This document shows positions 25,331 through 38,632 of a stretch of 64,000 nucleotides of DNA, piece after piece. Every line of letters begins with the position of its first letter. The first letter of the stretch is position 1. The stretch is from contig NC_043000.1 in NCBI RefSeq assembly GCF_006345805.1, forward strand, positions 103,168,001 through 103,232,000, read 5' to 3'. The position numbers and the translations under genes were made by a program. The notes below the pieces were generated by a model that was given only the letters and a program-made list of their open reading frames with translations, was not told the DNA's origin and did no database searches. Source of the stretch: Octopus sinensis. Taxonomy: Eukaryota.

Positions 25331-25574
25331 AAAAATTATCTGTACAAGATGCTTGAAACTAGATTTCGTTTCAAAGCAAAAACAAAGAACAAAAATAAAT
25401 AAATAAAAGTGATGTAGCTGGGCTTAAAATTTCCAAGGGAATTTATGACTAACCAGCTTCTGAAGCAAAGTAGCGTCAAAATAAAAAGTATGTGACAACA
25501 ACAACAGTAGCAGCAAACAACAAGAACAACAATATGACCAGCATCTACGGCTACTTTTCAATACATAGCATTAC

Positions 25575-25749
25575 TTGGATTCTTGAAGACAGCTCTATTC
25601 TGACAAAAATAACTCCTAAATCTTGCAATGCTGAAAATGTGTGAAGGCTCTTGTCCTCTCTCAGTCTGTCACCTCTCTCAAGTTCTTTGTAGTTGATGTT
25701 GCTAAAGACCGACGACATGGTTGAATGGATTCGACTGTTTGACCTCAGC
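25575..25749 (-). CDS. Candidate coding exon of an unidentified host gene (phase 2 to 0)
   Basis: Acceptor TTTTATATTTAG|, donor CAA|GTAATG, 58 open codons (LRSNSRIHSTMSSVFSNINYKELERGDRLREDKSLHTFSALQDLGVIFVRIELSSRIQ); the antisense register has 2 stops. Confidence 0.4.
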
Positions 25750-26421
25750 CTAAATATAAAAGCCCTTTAAAAATTTAGTCATATCGGTTTTCTCATTTAG
25801 GTTGTAAGGTCTAAAGTTTGACAAGGGAACAAAATGATTTATTTTTATCTTTGATATTTAATGATCATTGTTAAATGCTTTGATACTTATTGCTCATTCG
25901 AAATACTAGTCTAGTTTAATAATAATAAAAAAAAAGATTTAGAAAGGAAACATTTAACTATAATTGATTGCAGACCAACCACGAAATTACCTAATTTGCA
26001 AAGAAATGTATTCAGCAATTTCAGACTAATTTATATAAGGAAATGATATTAAAAGCATTACCTACCGTCATCCTGACGCAGTTAACTACAAAGATCACTT
26101 CAGAGGTGCTTTTTTTTACTCATAAATCTAACCCTAGCTGAGGCCAGCACACAGGCTAATTTGCTTTTAACAAGGGTCTTTAATTTTACTAATCTTAGCT
26201 GGTCCGAGGATTATATCCTGCCTGGAACTAAGCAACTGATGCGGAGGGATATGGACCCTTTCCTCGATACAACAAAAGACTTTCCCATACAACAAATTAT
26301 TACCTGTCCAATTAGGGGAAAATAGCATACTCGACTTTGTTTTTATTCACAATGTTCATGTCATTCCCACAGCTATTTCCAACCAAAGCATTATACAATT
26401 ATCTGTATATGGTACAAAGAA

Positions 26422-27267
26422 ATATCCGACTCGCAGCATGGATTTCTACCCCGAAGATCTTGCCTAACAAATCTTCTCCTTCTTGAAGAATGGATTACAA
26501 GGACCATGGATGAAAAAGACTTGGTGGGCGTGGTATTATTGGACTTCGCAAAGGCGTTTGACTCCGTTAATCACTGACGTCTCTTGCGCAAACTTCGAGC
26601 ATTCAAGATTCATCCATTGTTGACTTTGTGGATTTCTTCCTTCCTGAGCTATCGAACCTTTTGGGTGCAGATAAATGGAGATCTCTCCGCGGAGACGAAT
26701 GCATACAGCGGCGTTCCTCAGGGGCCGGTGCTGGGGCCAATACTTTTCCTTCTCTATATCAACGACCTGCCAGATTTTCTTGATGGAAGAGTTCTCCTAT
26801 TTGCAGACGACGTCAAACTTGTCTCGCCTAGGAATCAATACGACATACCCCAATTGTCGCTGAACCGAGCTTGGAATTGGGCGGAAGAATGGAATCTGAA
26901 CGTGAACGCCTCAAAATGCAGCCATTTGCCAATAGGTTCACCTACAAACTCACCCTTGACTATTGGCCACAAACATCAACATCTAAAGATGGTCACTGAA
27001 GAAAAGGATCTCAGCATAATGATCGATACTACTTTCAAACTACCACGGTAGGGTATCGAGGCGGTGAACAAAGCCAGAAGGAATTTTTTCTTCATCCACC
27101 ATCCTTTGCTAACCTTTCAGTGGAGTCATTTGGCCTGTATATATCACTCTAGTTCGACCCATCCTCGAATATTACATCCATACCTCAAACCCATATCTCC
27201 AGAAAGACATTCAGCACCTGGAATGGGTTCAGAACTTGGCCATCCGAACGGGCGCGGGCTTGTCTAA
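26422..27267 (+). pseudogene. CR1-group LINE RT fragment (different family from 2049-3590)
   Basis: QHGFLPRRSCLTNLL, LLDFAKAFDSVNH*, SGVPQGPVLGPILFLLYINDLP, LLFADDVKL, KCSHL; in-frame stops. Confidence 0.92.
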
Positions 27268-27268
27268 G

Positions 27269-27955
27269 AAGTTCCGAGGATTTTATAACTTCATTGAAAT
27301 TTGGTCGAAAACTTCCTGGGAAGTTCCGAGAGTTTTTTAACTTCTGGGAAATTTCGTAGAAAAGTTGTTGGGAAATTCCGAGGATTTTCTAACTCCCGGG
27401 AAGTTTGGTTGAAAACTACCTGGGAGGTTCCGAGGATTTTCTAAATACCTGGTAATTTCGTCGAAAACTTCCTAGTAAGTCCCGAGTATATTCTAACTTC
27501 CGGGAACTTTCGTTGAAAATTTCCTGGAAAGTACCGAGGAATTTTCTAACTTCCGGGAACTTTGGTCGAAAATTTTCTAGGAAGTTCCGAGGATTTTCTA
27601 AATTCATGGAAGTTTGGTGGAAAACTCCCTGGAAAGTGCCGAGGATTTTCTAACTTCCTGGAAATTTTGTCGAAAACTTAGTGGGAAGTTCCGATGATTT
27701 TCTAACTTCCGGGAAATTTTGTTGAAAACTTCATGGAAAGTTCCGTGGTTTTCTAACTTCCTGGAAATTTGGTCGAAAAGGTCCTGGAAAGTTCCGATGA
27801 TTTTCTAACTTCCGCGGAATTTGGTCGAAAATTCCTGGGAAGTTTCGAGGATTTTCTAACTTCCTGGAAATTTGATCAAAAACTTCCTGGGAAGTTCCAA
27901 GAAGTTTCGTCCGAAACTTACTAGTAAGTTCAAGGATTTTCCAAATTCCTGAGCA
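27269..27955. repeat. 52-bp minisatellite, about 13 units
   Basis: Unit starts at 27269, 27321, 27373, 27425, 27477, 27529, 27582, 27634, 27686, 27738, 27789, 27840 and 27892; consensus about AAGTTCCGAGGATTTTCTAACTTCCGGGAAATTTGGTCGAAAACTTCCTGGG. Confidence 0.95.
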
Positions 27956-28384
27956 CTGTATACAACAATTTCCTTTATCATTATATATGTGTGTTTGTTG
28001 ACTTTCTGTGCAGTATTTTAGGTCTGTTAGTCAATGTAATGTCACACACTCACTTCTGTTCCCACTCAGTGGTACCCTACGCAGTGTTCAATATTTTGTG
28101 CAAGACTGTCTCTCTTTTCTATCTATTTCTCTGTCCTTCTCCTCTCCCCTCTATCTACCTCTCTGTTGCTTTTTTCTCTTTACTGCCTTCCGTTTCTTCC
28201 TCTGTCCATCTCTGTCAACTACCTACTGGCTATCTTTATTCCCTTATTTCTCCGCACTCTCTCTTTCTTCCTACTTGCTCTTCCCTAACCTTCTCTACTC
28301 TCTTTCTTCACTTTTTTGGTACCAAAAGACAATCCAATTTTTTGTCACTCATCGTTTTTCTACTTGACCAGTGCATAGGTAAGA

Positions 28385-28580
28385 CATCATCGTTTAATGT
28401 CCATTTTCCATGCTGGAATAGGTTGAATGGTTCGACTGGGGCCTGGGAAGCCAGGAGGCTGCACCAGGCTCCAGTCTGATCTGGCAGTGTTTCTAGAGCT
28501 GGATGCCCTTCCTAATGCCAACCACTCTGAGTGTGTAGTGGGTGCTGTTTTTACGTTCCACCGGGACAGGGGCCAATTTC
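28385..28580. repeat. Probable SINE/LINE-tail fragment
   Basis: GC-rich island with GCTGGATGCCCTTCCTAATGCCAACCAC, a motif I associate with retroelement tails; single copy here. Confidence 0.4.
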
Positions 28581-28648
28581 CTGCCTAGTACTCATTTCAG
28601 ATCCCCAGTTTATCTTTTCACTTTTCATTCTTTTCTTTCCTAACTTCC

Positions 28649-28778
28649 TTTAAACAATTAACAAACAAAATAATTCTATAATTTTATACACACGCTTTCC
28701 GTAACACACGCTTTCCGTATACGTACGGAAAGCGTGTGTATAAAATTATAGAATTATTTTGTTTGTTAATTGTTTAAA
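28649..28778. repeat. Perfect 55-bp inverted repeat with a 20-bp centre
   Basis: 28649-28703 is the exact reverse complement of 28724-28778; the centre repeats the last 16 nt of the left arm. Confidence 0.95.
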
Positions 28779-28863
28779 TTATTTTCCATTGCTTTCGTTT
28801 TAGCCTTCCGTTTTTTTTTTACACGCGTAACAATTAAATTAATTTAACAATTAAGAAAAAAAA

Positions 28864-28897
28864 TTAGGGTTAGGGTTAGGGTGAGGTTTAGGGTTAG
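28864..28897 (+). repeat. Short interstitial telomere-type repeat (TTAGGG)n
   Basis: TTAGGGTTAGGGTTAGGGTGAGGTTTAGGGTTAG. Confidence 0.85.
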
Positions 28898-29343
28898 TGA
28901 CAGGATGTTGTCTCAGTTTTAGACGCAGTAAGTGATTTTAGCTCAATTAGAGGCGATTCATTGCTTAAAATTCGAAAAATTAAACTACGTTAAACAAACG
29001 AATTACAATTCTATCAAGAAAGCCAAGAGAAAAAAATGTTTTATTTTGACACATTCAACCAGTATACGAAGTTTTAAAGTGTTTAGTTAACTAGAAATTG
29101 TGTTGACATGTGCCGTTCAAAAGGAAAAGATCCCAGCCGACCCTCATAATAAGAAAAATTTATCATACCTGCATTTGTTTTAAGGTTAAGATTGGAAAAA
29201 TCCACATCTTTCATAAAAAAAATTAGGACCTGGGTTTGCACACCCATAGCAAATTTTGTTGCTGGGCGTCATCTACTACTGTTCAAAGCTGACCAATGCC
29301 ATATGAATGATTTTCATAGACAGAAACTGTACGAAAGTCCGTC

Positions 29344-29434
<91 letters not shown>

Positions 29435-29484
29435 ATGTGAGTGTGTATATAATATCTATCTATCAATCAATGTATGTATGTATG

Positions 29485-29515
<31 letters not shown>

Positions 29516-29518
<3 letters not shown>

Positions 29519-29760
29519 GAGGCGCGTGGCTTAGCTGTTAGGGTGTCAGCATCATGATCGTAAGATTGTGGTTTCGATTCCTGGACCAGGCGATGCGCCG
29601 TGTTCTTGAGCAAAACGCTTCATTTCACGTTGCTCCAGTCCTCTCAGCGAGCAAAAATGAGTAACGCTGCGATGGACTGGCGTCCCTTCCAGCTGGGGAA
29701 CACATATGCCACTGAAACCGAGCCCATGAGCCTGGCTAGGCTTTAAAAGGGCGTATTTAT
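29516..29760 (+). mobile_element. SINE family D, full length
   Basis: Reverse complement homolog of 12573-12817. Confidence 0.88.
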
Positions 29761-29769
29761 TAATTATTT

Positions 29770-29809
<40 letters not shown>

Positions 29810-29810
<1 letters not shown>

Positions 29811-29933
29811 CGTAGGCTCGAAACGTTAAAGACTTGTTTTATTTATATTTCCTGAGCGCCATACTAATACAATTGTTCGTTTGTTTTCCACCTGCCTTCG
29901 TCTTTTGTTTATTTTCATAAAGCTTCCCGTTAT
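29810..29933 (+). mobile_element. Penelope-type terminal-repeat fragment between (TA)n tracts
   Basis: AGCGTAGGCTC-GAAACGTT (3' half of a hammerhead-like core) followed by TTCCTGAGCG..AATAC, similar to the reverse complement of 37680-37710. Confidence 0.55.
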
Positions 29934-30205
29934 GTATATATATTGCGACTAAATCTATTTTTAAGAGGCGACTTCCAAGTTACCTTCCTCTTTTTTCAGT
30001 ACCGTGTATATTTATTAAAGTAGTTTTGATTTTAAGAGTCCCTTACAGCCTGAATCATTTACGTGAAGTAATAGCCCTTAATATAATGAATGTATTCATA
30101 TTTAAAAGAAATGATTATATATTTTGTATAAATTTTACCCTTAAGTGGTTTTTCACGCTGGCTACTTGATTAATTATTATATAGATTTTATCCTTATATT
30201 TAACA

Positions 30206-31403
<1,198 letters not shown>

Positions 31404-31593
31404 AATCCCTTCAATAATTCACAATAACTTTTATTCCTCTTAATTCTACATCAGTTCATCTAATTGTACTTTTCATTAAACAAAAAAGCCTTTATTTTTC
31501 TGATATCCAACGTGTATTTTCGCTTTTTTCTCTTCTTACTTTCCCCGTACCTTTTCCGCGTGTAGTTTCTATTTTCTTTTTGAAACATATTTC

Positions 31594-31632
<39 letters not shown>

Positions 31633-31633
<1 letters not shown>

Positions 31634-32023
31634 TAGCAGTATCGCCCGGCGTTGCTCGGGTTTGTAAGGGAAATAACTATATAAGCATTTTTAGAGATGT
31701 AAAGTATAATAGCCATCTCAATATGGCTAACCACAAAGGGGGGTGTTACTGTAGCTTTTTACATTCTGAGATTTAATAATACATTTTTAGAGAGTTACTT
31801 CCCTTATATAATAGCAAAAAAATGCATTAAAAATGGGAAAAAATGATGGTAATTTTTTAAAAATCGTACTCATCGTAGACACGCGCTAATACCCAGAAGG
31901 GCTCGATATGAATCACGACTATAGGATAACCACTTTTGGTTACACTGCACCGCAAAATGTGGGAGTAGTTAGGAATCTAAATCGTAGGAGACAGACACAC
32001 AACTTCACTTTTATATATAAAGA
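31633..32023 (-). mobile_element. Non-autonomous Helitron (copy 1 of a tandem pair)
   Basis: Same family as 11534-11923; CTAG end at 31633-31636 and TC start at 32023-32022. Confidence 0.85.
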
Positions 32024-32406
32024 CTAGCAATATCGCCCGGCGTTGCTCGGGTTTGTAAGGGAAATAACTATATATGCATTTTTAGAGATGTAAAGTATAA
32101 TAGCCATCTTAATATGGCTAACCACAAAGGGAGGGTGTTACTGTATCTTTTTACGTTCTGAGATTTAATAATAAATTTTTAGAGAGTTACTTCCCTTATA
32201 TATGCCAAAAATGGGAAAAATTGATGGTAATTTTTTTTTTAAATCGTAGACTCATCGTAGACGCACGCTAATAGCCAGAAGGGCTCGATATGAATCACGA
32301 CTATAAGATACCCGCTTTTGGTTAAACTGCACCGCAAAACGTGGGAGTAGTTAGGAATCTAAATCGTAGGAGACAGACACTCACACAACTTCACTTTTAT
32401 ATATAT
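32024..32406 (-). mobile_element. Non-autonomous Helitron (copy 2 of a tandem pair)
   Basis: Its CTAG end (32024-32027) abuts the TC start of copy 1. Confidence 0.85.
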
Positions 32407-32417
32407 ACTAGAGTTTT

Positions 32418-32449
<32 letters not shown>

Positions 32450-32695
32450 ATACTTCCTCTTTCATACGTTAACTGAGGACACGTGTGTTTGAAAAGGTTA
32501 ACTGAAAGCGATCACACACTACAAAAAAACTTCTTCCAAAAAAGGTTAGTACATCCTGATAAAAGATTTCATAACTTTTTTTTAAATATTTTTTTTAATC
32601 CCATTTAAATTTAAAAACTGTATAAAGTTATTTTCACAGACTTTCAAGTATATATATATATATATAATATATATTATAATATATATATATATATA

Positions 32696-32985
32696 GCCTT
32701 CCCTCTACTACCCTACCAAGAACTCACAACTACCTCGAACACACAAGTGCAAACAAGGGAGTCAGAGAAGGCAGAATGCCACTTAAATTGAACACTACTA
32801 TAGAAATATTCTTTTAAGAAAACTTTCTTCTAATTTTTCTAAATTTAATTATTTAATCGTTACAGTTGAAAGGTCTCAAAATGACCGAAACCGGTACTGA
32901 AATGTTCACTATAAAATATTTTAGCATTTTCTATTTTTTACTTGTTTTTTCATATATATCAACTCGTGTGTTCCTTTTCACCCTT

Positions 32986-32990
<5 letters not shown>
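32696..32990 (+). mobile_element. Penelope-type terminal repeat flanked by (TA)n, containing a decayed minimal hammerhead ribozyme (32860-32902)
   Basis: TTACAG-TTGAA_A-GGTC-TCAAAAT-GACC-GAAAC-CG-GTA-CTGAAA. Confidence 0.6.
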
Positions 32991-33028
<38 letters not shown>

Positions 33029-33074
33029 ATATATATACATACATATATACATACACACACACACACTCAAACAC

Positions 33075-33105
<31 letters not shown>

Positions 33106-33800
33106 GCATATGTGCGCCAATGGCTGGTAACCAGGGTGGGTTTCTTTACATGCCCATAACTTAGCGGTTCGGAAAAAAAAGAACGAGTTTGTTAGAGTAA
33201 GTACTAAACTTAAAATAATTAGTGAGGCCGATCTGATCGACTAAAGGAAAGTCCTTCACGGTGGTGCTCAAACATGGCTGCAGTCATATTACTGAAGCGC
33301 AAATGAATAAGAAATGAAAAAGTAACTAATGTTATGTAGGAAAAAAAACGAAAACCATTGTCCAAATATGAAGTACAGCACGCAGATATTATGCTAACAT
33401 AGTTTATGGCGCAGGCGTGGCTGTGTGGTAAGAAGTTTGCTTTCCAACTACATGTTTCCGATGCTTAGCAGCTTGGGCAAATGTATTCTATAATAAACCC
33501 AGGCCTACCAAGCGTTATGAGTGAATTTGTGTTAAATAAGTAATGTTCACGTGTTTGCATTAATATGCATGTGCATTACACATTGCAATTGTATTATATA
33601 ATTTGCTGCAGGCATATTAATGCAAACATGTAAATGTTATTCAGTGTACACAGAAATTATTATTACATGAAAAGGCTGCGAAACGGCCGTTGAATAAAAT
33701 CATTTATCTGTTGTAACTATTTATGGTTTATTTTTTTGCGTTTGTTCTTCTTTTTGGGGATTTACTATATATGTATGTATATATATATATATATAAGTAC

Positions 33801-34006
33801 CTTATCGCTACATCCACATTAATATACTGCCAAATGTCTCCTAGTCTTATGTGAAGTGAATTGCGATGACGACATTGGTTCACTATGAATTTTGCTGATA
33901 GGATCGGCTCAAAACATAACTTTACTTTCAGCTTGAATGTGACTGACCTTTTCTTTGACATCCCATTGGTTGTTGTTAACCAGTCACAGCCCATATTGAC
34001 TTCTGT
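33801..34006 (-). CDS. Candidate coding exon (phase 0 to 2); strand uncertain
   Basis: AG|...AAG|GTACTT with 68 open codons (TEVNMGCDW...GDIWQYINVDVAI), phase-compatible with 25575-25749. Alternative plus-strand exon 33902-34010 (IGSKHNFTFSLNVTDLFFDIPLVVVNQSQPILTSVY|GTGAGA). Confidence 0.3.
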
Positions 34007-34271
34007 CTACGTGAGATTGGTTTGTCACCTCCAGATGTTTAAATAACGGTTATTTGTCCGAAAGTATAAATAGGAGTGGTGTGTCCACCCACCCATCCAT
34101 CCACCCCTAGAGCCACGAATTCACGTCCTTTTCTCTCTTCATATCCCTTTTGTTGTATCTCGGCGTTAGTTCTTGATTCTCAAACAAACCAACAACAGTT
34201 GACATAGGGTCAGATACAAGGTTATGTATGATATGAGAATCAGATTTGAAGTTTGAGGTTTTAAGTAACAT

Positions 34272-34628
34272 TCTTTTATTCTTTTACTTGTTTCAGTCAT
34301 TTGATTGCGACCATGCTGGAGCACCGCCTTGGAGTGCTTTAGTCGAACAAATGGACCCCATGACTTACTTTTTTAATCCTTGTACTCTTTTGCCGACCGT
34401 TATGTAACGGCGATATAAACACACTAACACCGGTTGTCAAGCGGAGTGGGGAGGACTAACACAAACGCAAAGACGCACACATAGACATGCATTTATATAC
34501 GACAGTCTTCAGGTTTTGGTCGGCCCGAGGCTATAGTAGAAAATACTTACCCAAAGTGTTACGCAGTAGGACTGAACTCGGAACCATGTGGTTGGGAAGC
34601 AAGCTTCGTACCACACAGCCGCGCCTGC
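34272..34628 (-). mobile_element. SINE family A, internally deleted head
   Basis: Body and head on the reverse strand. Confidence 0.82.
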
Positions 34629-35544
34629 GGAGAAAAAAAGCACCCTGAGAATAAATTGTGTCCCATAGAATGAAAACAGTAGAATTTCTACAATTAATGA
34701 ATGGATGTATGAAAATTGTGCGTAAAAATAGTGAAAATTAATACAATTTGATGATTGATTGCAGTAGATTAGCGCAAATGGAATAAAACAGAAATCCAAT
34801 GTTTATAGAGAAAGTTTCCATAAAGAATTAATATAGGTAGAATATAAATTACATGGGGAAATGATAGAAAAATATATGTTGACCAACCACTAGTATAAGT
34901 GCGTGTGTTAGTACATCGGGTTTAAGTACATTGCATAATCTCTAGCGGATTAGACAAAATGGTTAGCTACAAGAAGAATTTAGAAATTAGGACAGAATTC
35001 TTCTGTCAATATTAAGAATAGTGTTAGTGATCTTAACAACACACCACAGGAGAGATTCTAAGTGACTGGTGTATCTGCTAGATATAAGAGACGAATCTGC
35101 CTCAAACCACATAATTTTGTCTTAAATGTATTAAAACAAAAACACTGCTGAACAATATAATTATGTTTATATTAACTACATGATTGTCACGGATGGAAAC
35201 AAAATTGACGCATTTTCGCACAAGACGAATGACCGAGGGATGACCTTACTCGTTAGTTTAAAGATATATGTGAATGTGTGTGAGCATGTGTGTGTGTATT
35301 TATGTTTGTGCTTTTGTGTGTGTGTGTATAATGATAACTTAGGATTAAATAAAAAATATAGAAAGGATTTGAGATCCTAATTTATTGATTGTATTTCTCT
35401 ACGAATACCAGCAAGTCCTCGTATAATATCTTGAAAGCAAGAAAGGATTTAAAAAAATTTTAAGAATATGAAATCGATAAAATATGGATTTCTTATAGAT
35501 ACAAAGACAAATTTTGAAGTAAGAGCAGTGTCAATAAAGTTTTC

Positions 35545-36312
35545 CCACGTCCTCAACTGGTACTTATTTTAGCGACTCCAGAAGGATGAAAAGCAAAGTT
35601 TTACATCGGTGGTATTTGAGCCCAAAAGAGGTTTTGAGCTGTAACTAACTACCTCAAGATATTTTGAAATACCCTAAAGAATTTTTCTGACATTCTAGCG
35701 ATTCGGCTATCCATTATCCTTAATTAGTGATTAATCCTTTCTTCAATAAGCACAAACACTGAAATTTTGTTGATTACATGAACACTCAGTGCTCAGCTGG
35801 TATACATTTTATCGACTCCCGAAAAAATGAAAGGCAAAACATCGATCGAAACAGTATTTGAATTCAGAACATAAAGCGGGACAAAGTGCCGCTAAGTATT
35901 TTGCCCAGCGTGCTAACGACTCTGCGAGTTTACCGTCTTGGAATATATTGGCTTCAAATCTTTTCTACTCTAGGTCAGTCGATTAGATCGACTCCAGTAC
36001 GGAACTGGTACTTAATTTATCGACCCCGAAAGGATAAAAGGCAAAGTCGCCTCGGCAGAATTTGAACTCAGTACGTAAGCATTTCGTATTAACGTTTCTA
36101 CCAGCACGCCACCTTATATTGGCTTCAAATCTTGCCACAAGGCCAGCAAGCTCGGGGGAGGGGATAGGTCGATGACATTGATCGCAGAGTTCAACTGGTA
36201 TTTATTTTATCGACCTCACAAAAATGAAAGACAAAGTCGACCTTAGCGAAATTTAAACTCCAAACGTAAGGACGGACGAAATGTCGCTAAACGTTATACC
36301 CATTGTGCTAAC
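35545..36312 (-). mobile_element. Cluster of 4 nested or adjacent SINE family C copies
   Basis: The AACTGGTAC...ATCGACCCCGAAAGGATGAAAGGCAAAGTCG core recurs four times; 35963-36115 is flanked by ATATTGGCTTCAAATCTT (35945-35962 and 36116-36133). Confidence 0.82.
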
Positions 36313-36321
36313 TATTCTTAT

Positions 36322-36730
36322 TTCTTTATTGCCCACAAGGAGCTAAACATAGAAGGGACAAACAAGGACAGGCAAACGGATTAAGTCGATTATATCGACC
36401 CCAGTGCGTAACTGGTACTTATTTAATCGACCCTGAAAGGATGAAAGGCAAAGTCAACCTCGGCGGAATTTGAACTCGGAACGTAGCGGTAGACGAAATA
36501 CCTATTTCTTTACTACCCACAAGGGGCTAAACACAGAGGAGACAAACAAGGACAGACAAAGGGATTAAGTCGATTACATCGACCCCAGTGCGTAACTGAT
36601 ACTTGTTTAATCGACCCCGGAAGAATGAAAGGCAAAGTCGACCTCGGCGGAATTTGAATTCAGAACGTAGCGGCACACGAAAGACCGCTAAGCATTTCGC
36701 CTGGCGTGCTAACGATTCTGCCAGCTTACA
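36322..36730 (-). mobile_element. Dimeric SINE C2 (head + core/tail x2)
   Basis: Two ~184-bp core+tail units; same architecture as 61272-61687. Confidence 0.9.
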
Positions 36731-37572
36731 GTCTTGGACTATATTAATATTAATGTGTGTGTGTGAGTGTGTGCGCGCGAAATTTTATATGCAAGACGTA
36801 AAGAGGTTAATTATTATCCAATAATATCTTACTAGTGATATGTAGCCAAACATTATTAGATATGAGAAACATTATTAGATATGAGAATAGTCTGACTGAA
36901 CAAAGAATATGGCACAAAAATTTGCTAAAATGACGTTTAGGCAAGAATTTTCAATAACAAAAGCAGAAATGAGGAATCAAAACAATATGGAAAAAGAGGA
37001 AAAGATGTAACGATTTTCCTTAAAGACAGTTAAAGCTCATTGACTATAAGATTAATCTGATTTTAAGAAATAAGAAAAGATATGGACGGAAGTTGTTGTT
37101 CGTTGCATATATTTATAAACAAAGCTAGACAAATATTCTTTGAAGAATTATTGCGGATTATTTTAAGAAAAGTAGTTAGCTACCCGATATTAAGTACTTG
37201 AGGGTTTACGTTTATAAATAAATTGAAACGATTCCAATTTCTAAAGCGTTTTAACAATAAAAGCGAAGGAAGCAAAATATAAATGGTTGCGTTTCTCTTT
37301 AAGCTTCTTAGACTGCTTAGTGAACTGACAAAATATATGCGGCTTAAGTATTAAGAGAAAAGTTGGCTGGAGGTTAAAGCATCAATAAGATCAAAAGCTA
37401 GCCTTGTAAACGGAAGAGGAAGGTTTTCTATGGAAGGTTTTCTATGAGACTAACATGTAAACCGGGATGTTCCTTAAGGCAAATAACAGCTGATCGCAGT
37501 TTGCGGTTTCATGAGAGGAATCAGCAGAGGCGGGTACTGATATGAGATCAGATATCTGTTGTTATATGAGCG

Positions 37573-37612
<40 letters not shown>

Positions 37613-37617
<5 letters not shown>

Positions 37618-37710
37618 TAATCCAAACAAGAAAACACCAAAAAAAACACACCAACGCGAGGACGTGGAACAAATGAAGTATTATTGGACGCTCAGGAAAG
37701 AAGGGAAGAA
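37613..37710 (-). mobile_element. Penelope-type end fragment within (TA)n; shorter plus-strand copy at 38632-38680
   Basis: TTCCTGAGCGTCCAATAATAC...CCACGTCCTCGCGTT...TTTTCTTGTTTGGATTAACTT. Confidence 0.5.
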
Positions 37711-37831
37711 ATATATATATATATAACACATACATGAGCACTATATATATATATATATATATATACAGATATTTATGTGAATATATATAAATGTATATAA
37801 TATGTATACACACAGATATTTATGTGTGTAT

Positions 37832-37862
<31 letters not shown>

Positions 37863-37910
37863 TCATATTTATGCGTAATTATATGTCTGTGTATATATAA
37901 TATATATATA

Positions 37911-37950
<40 letters not shown>

Positions 37951-38284
37951 TATCTATTTGTCTATTTATCTCTCTCTCTTGCCCTCTCTCTCTCACCCTC
38001 TCTCCCACATCTCTCTCTATGTATGTATGTATGTATATAATATAAATAAAATATAAAACATGTATATATATATATATATTGTCGGCGACTAATATTGGAT
38101 ACTAAAGGAGAACGAAACATCATAAAGTACATGGTATATTTCTTTTTAAAATGGGTGGGTAAAATTAGTTAAGAGGCGTATACACAGATGCGATAAACAA
38201 ACGGAGGGAAAGTATTCCAAATGAAGAACGAGAGAAAACCAACGGGGAAAAAACTACATTTAAAGATACGAATGAATGTATTTA

Positions 38285-38332
<48 letters not shown>

Positions 38333-38597
38333 CGTGTCTATATATATAAATACATATGATTATAGAAAAAAAAGCTAATATGAAGTTGAAATGAAGGAAA
38401 AAAAATACGAAGATGAACAGAAAGAAACAGGAATATATTGGGAAAAGGATATAAGTAAAACAATAGAAAAATGGTCTATAAAACAATGAGAAGTGAACCA
38501 AAAAAAAGTTACTGTAGAGCGAGGAGCATGCGTGTGCGCGCGTATTTCTGTCTGTGTGTAGACATACACACGTTAATATATATATATATATATATAC

Positions 38598-38632
<35 letters not shown>

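Noticed and set aside
27269-27955. CRISPR-like appearance (palindromic repeats at regular spacing)
   Set aside because: The intervening sequences are themselves repeated, with no unique spacers, no cas genes and a eukaryotic context
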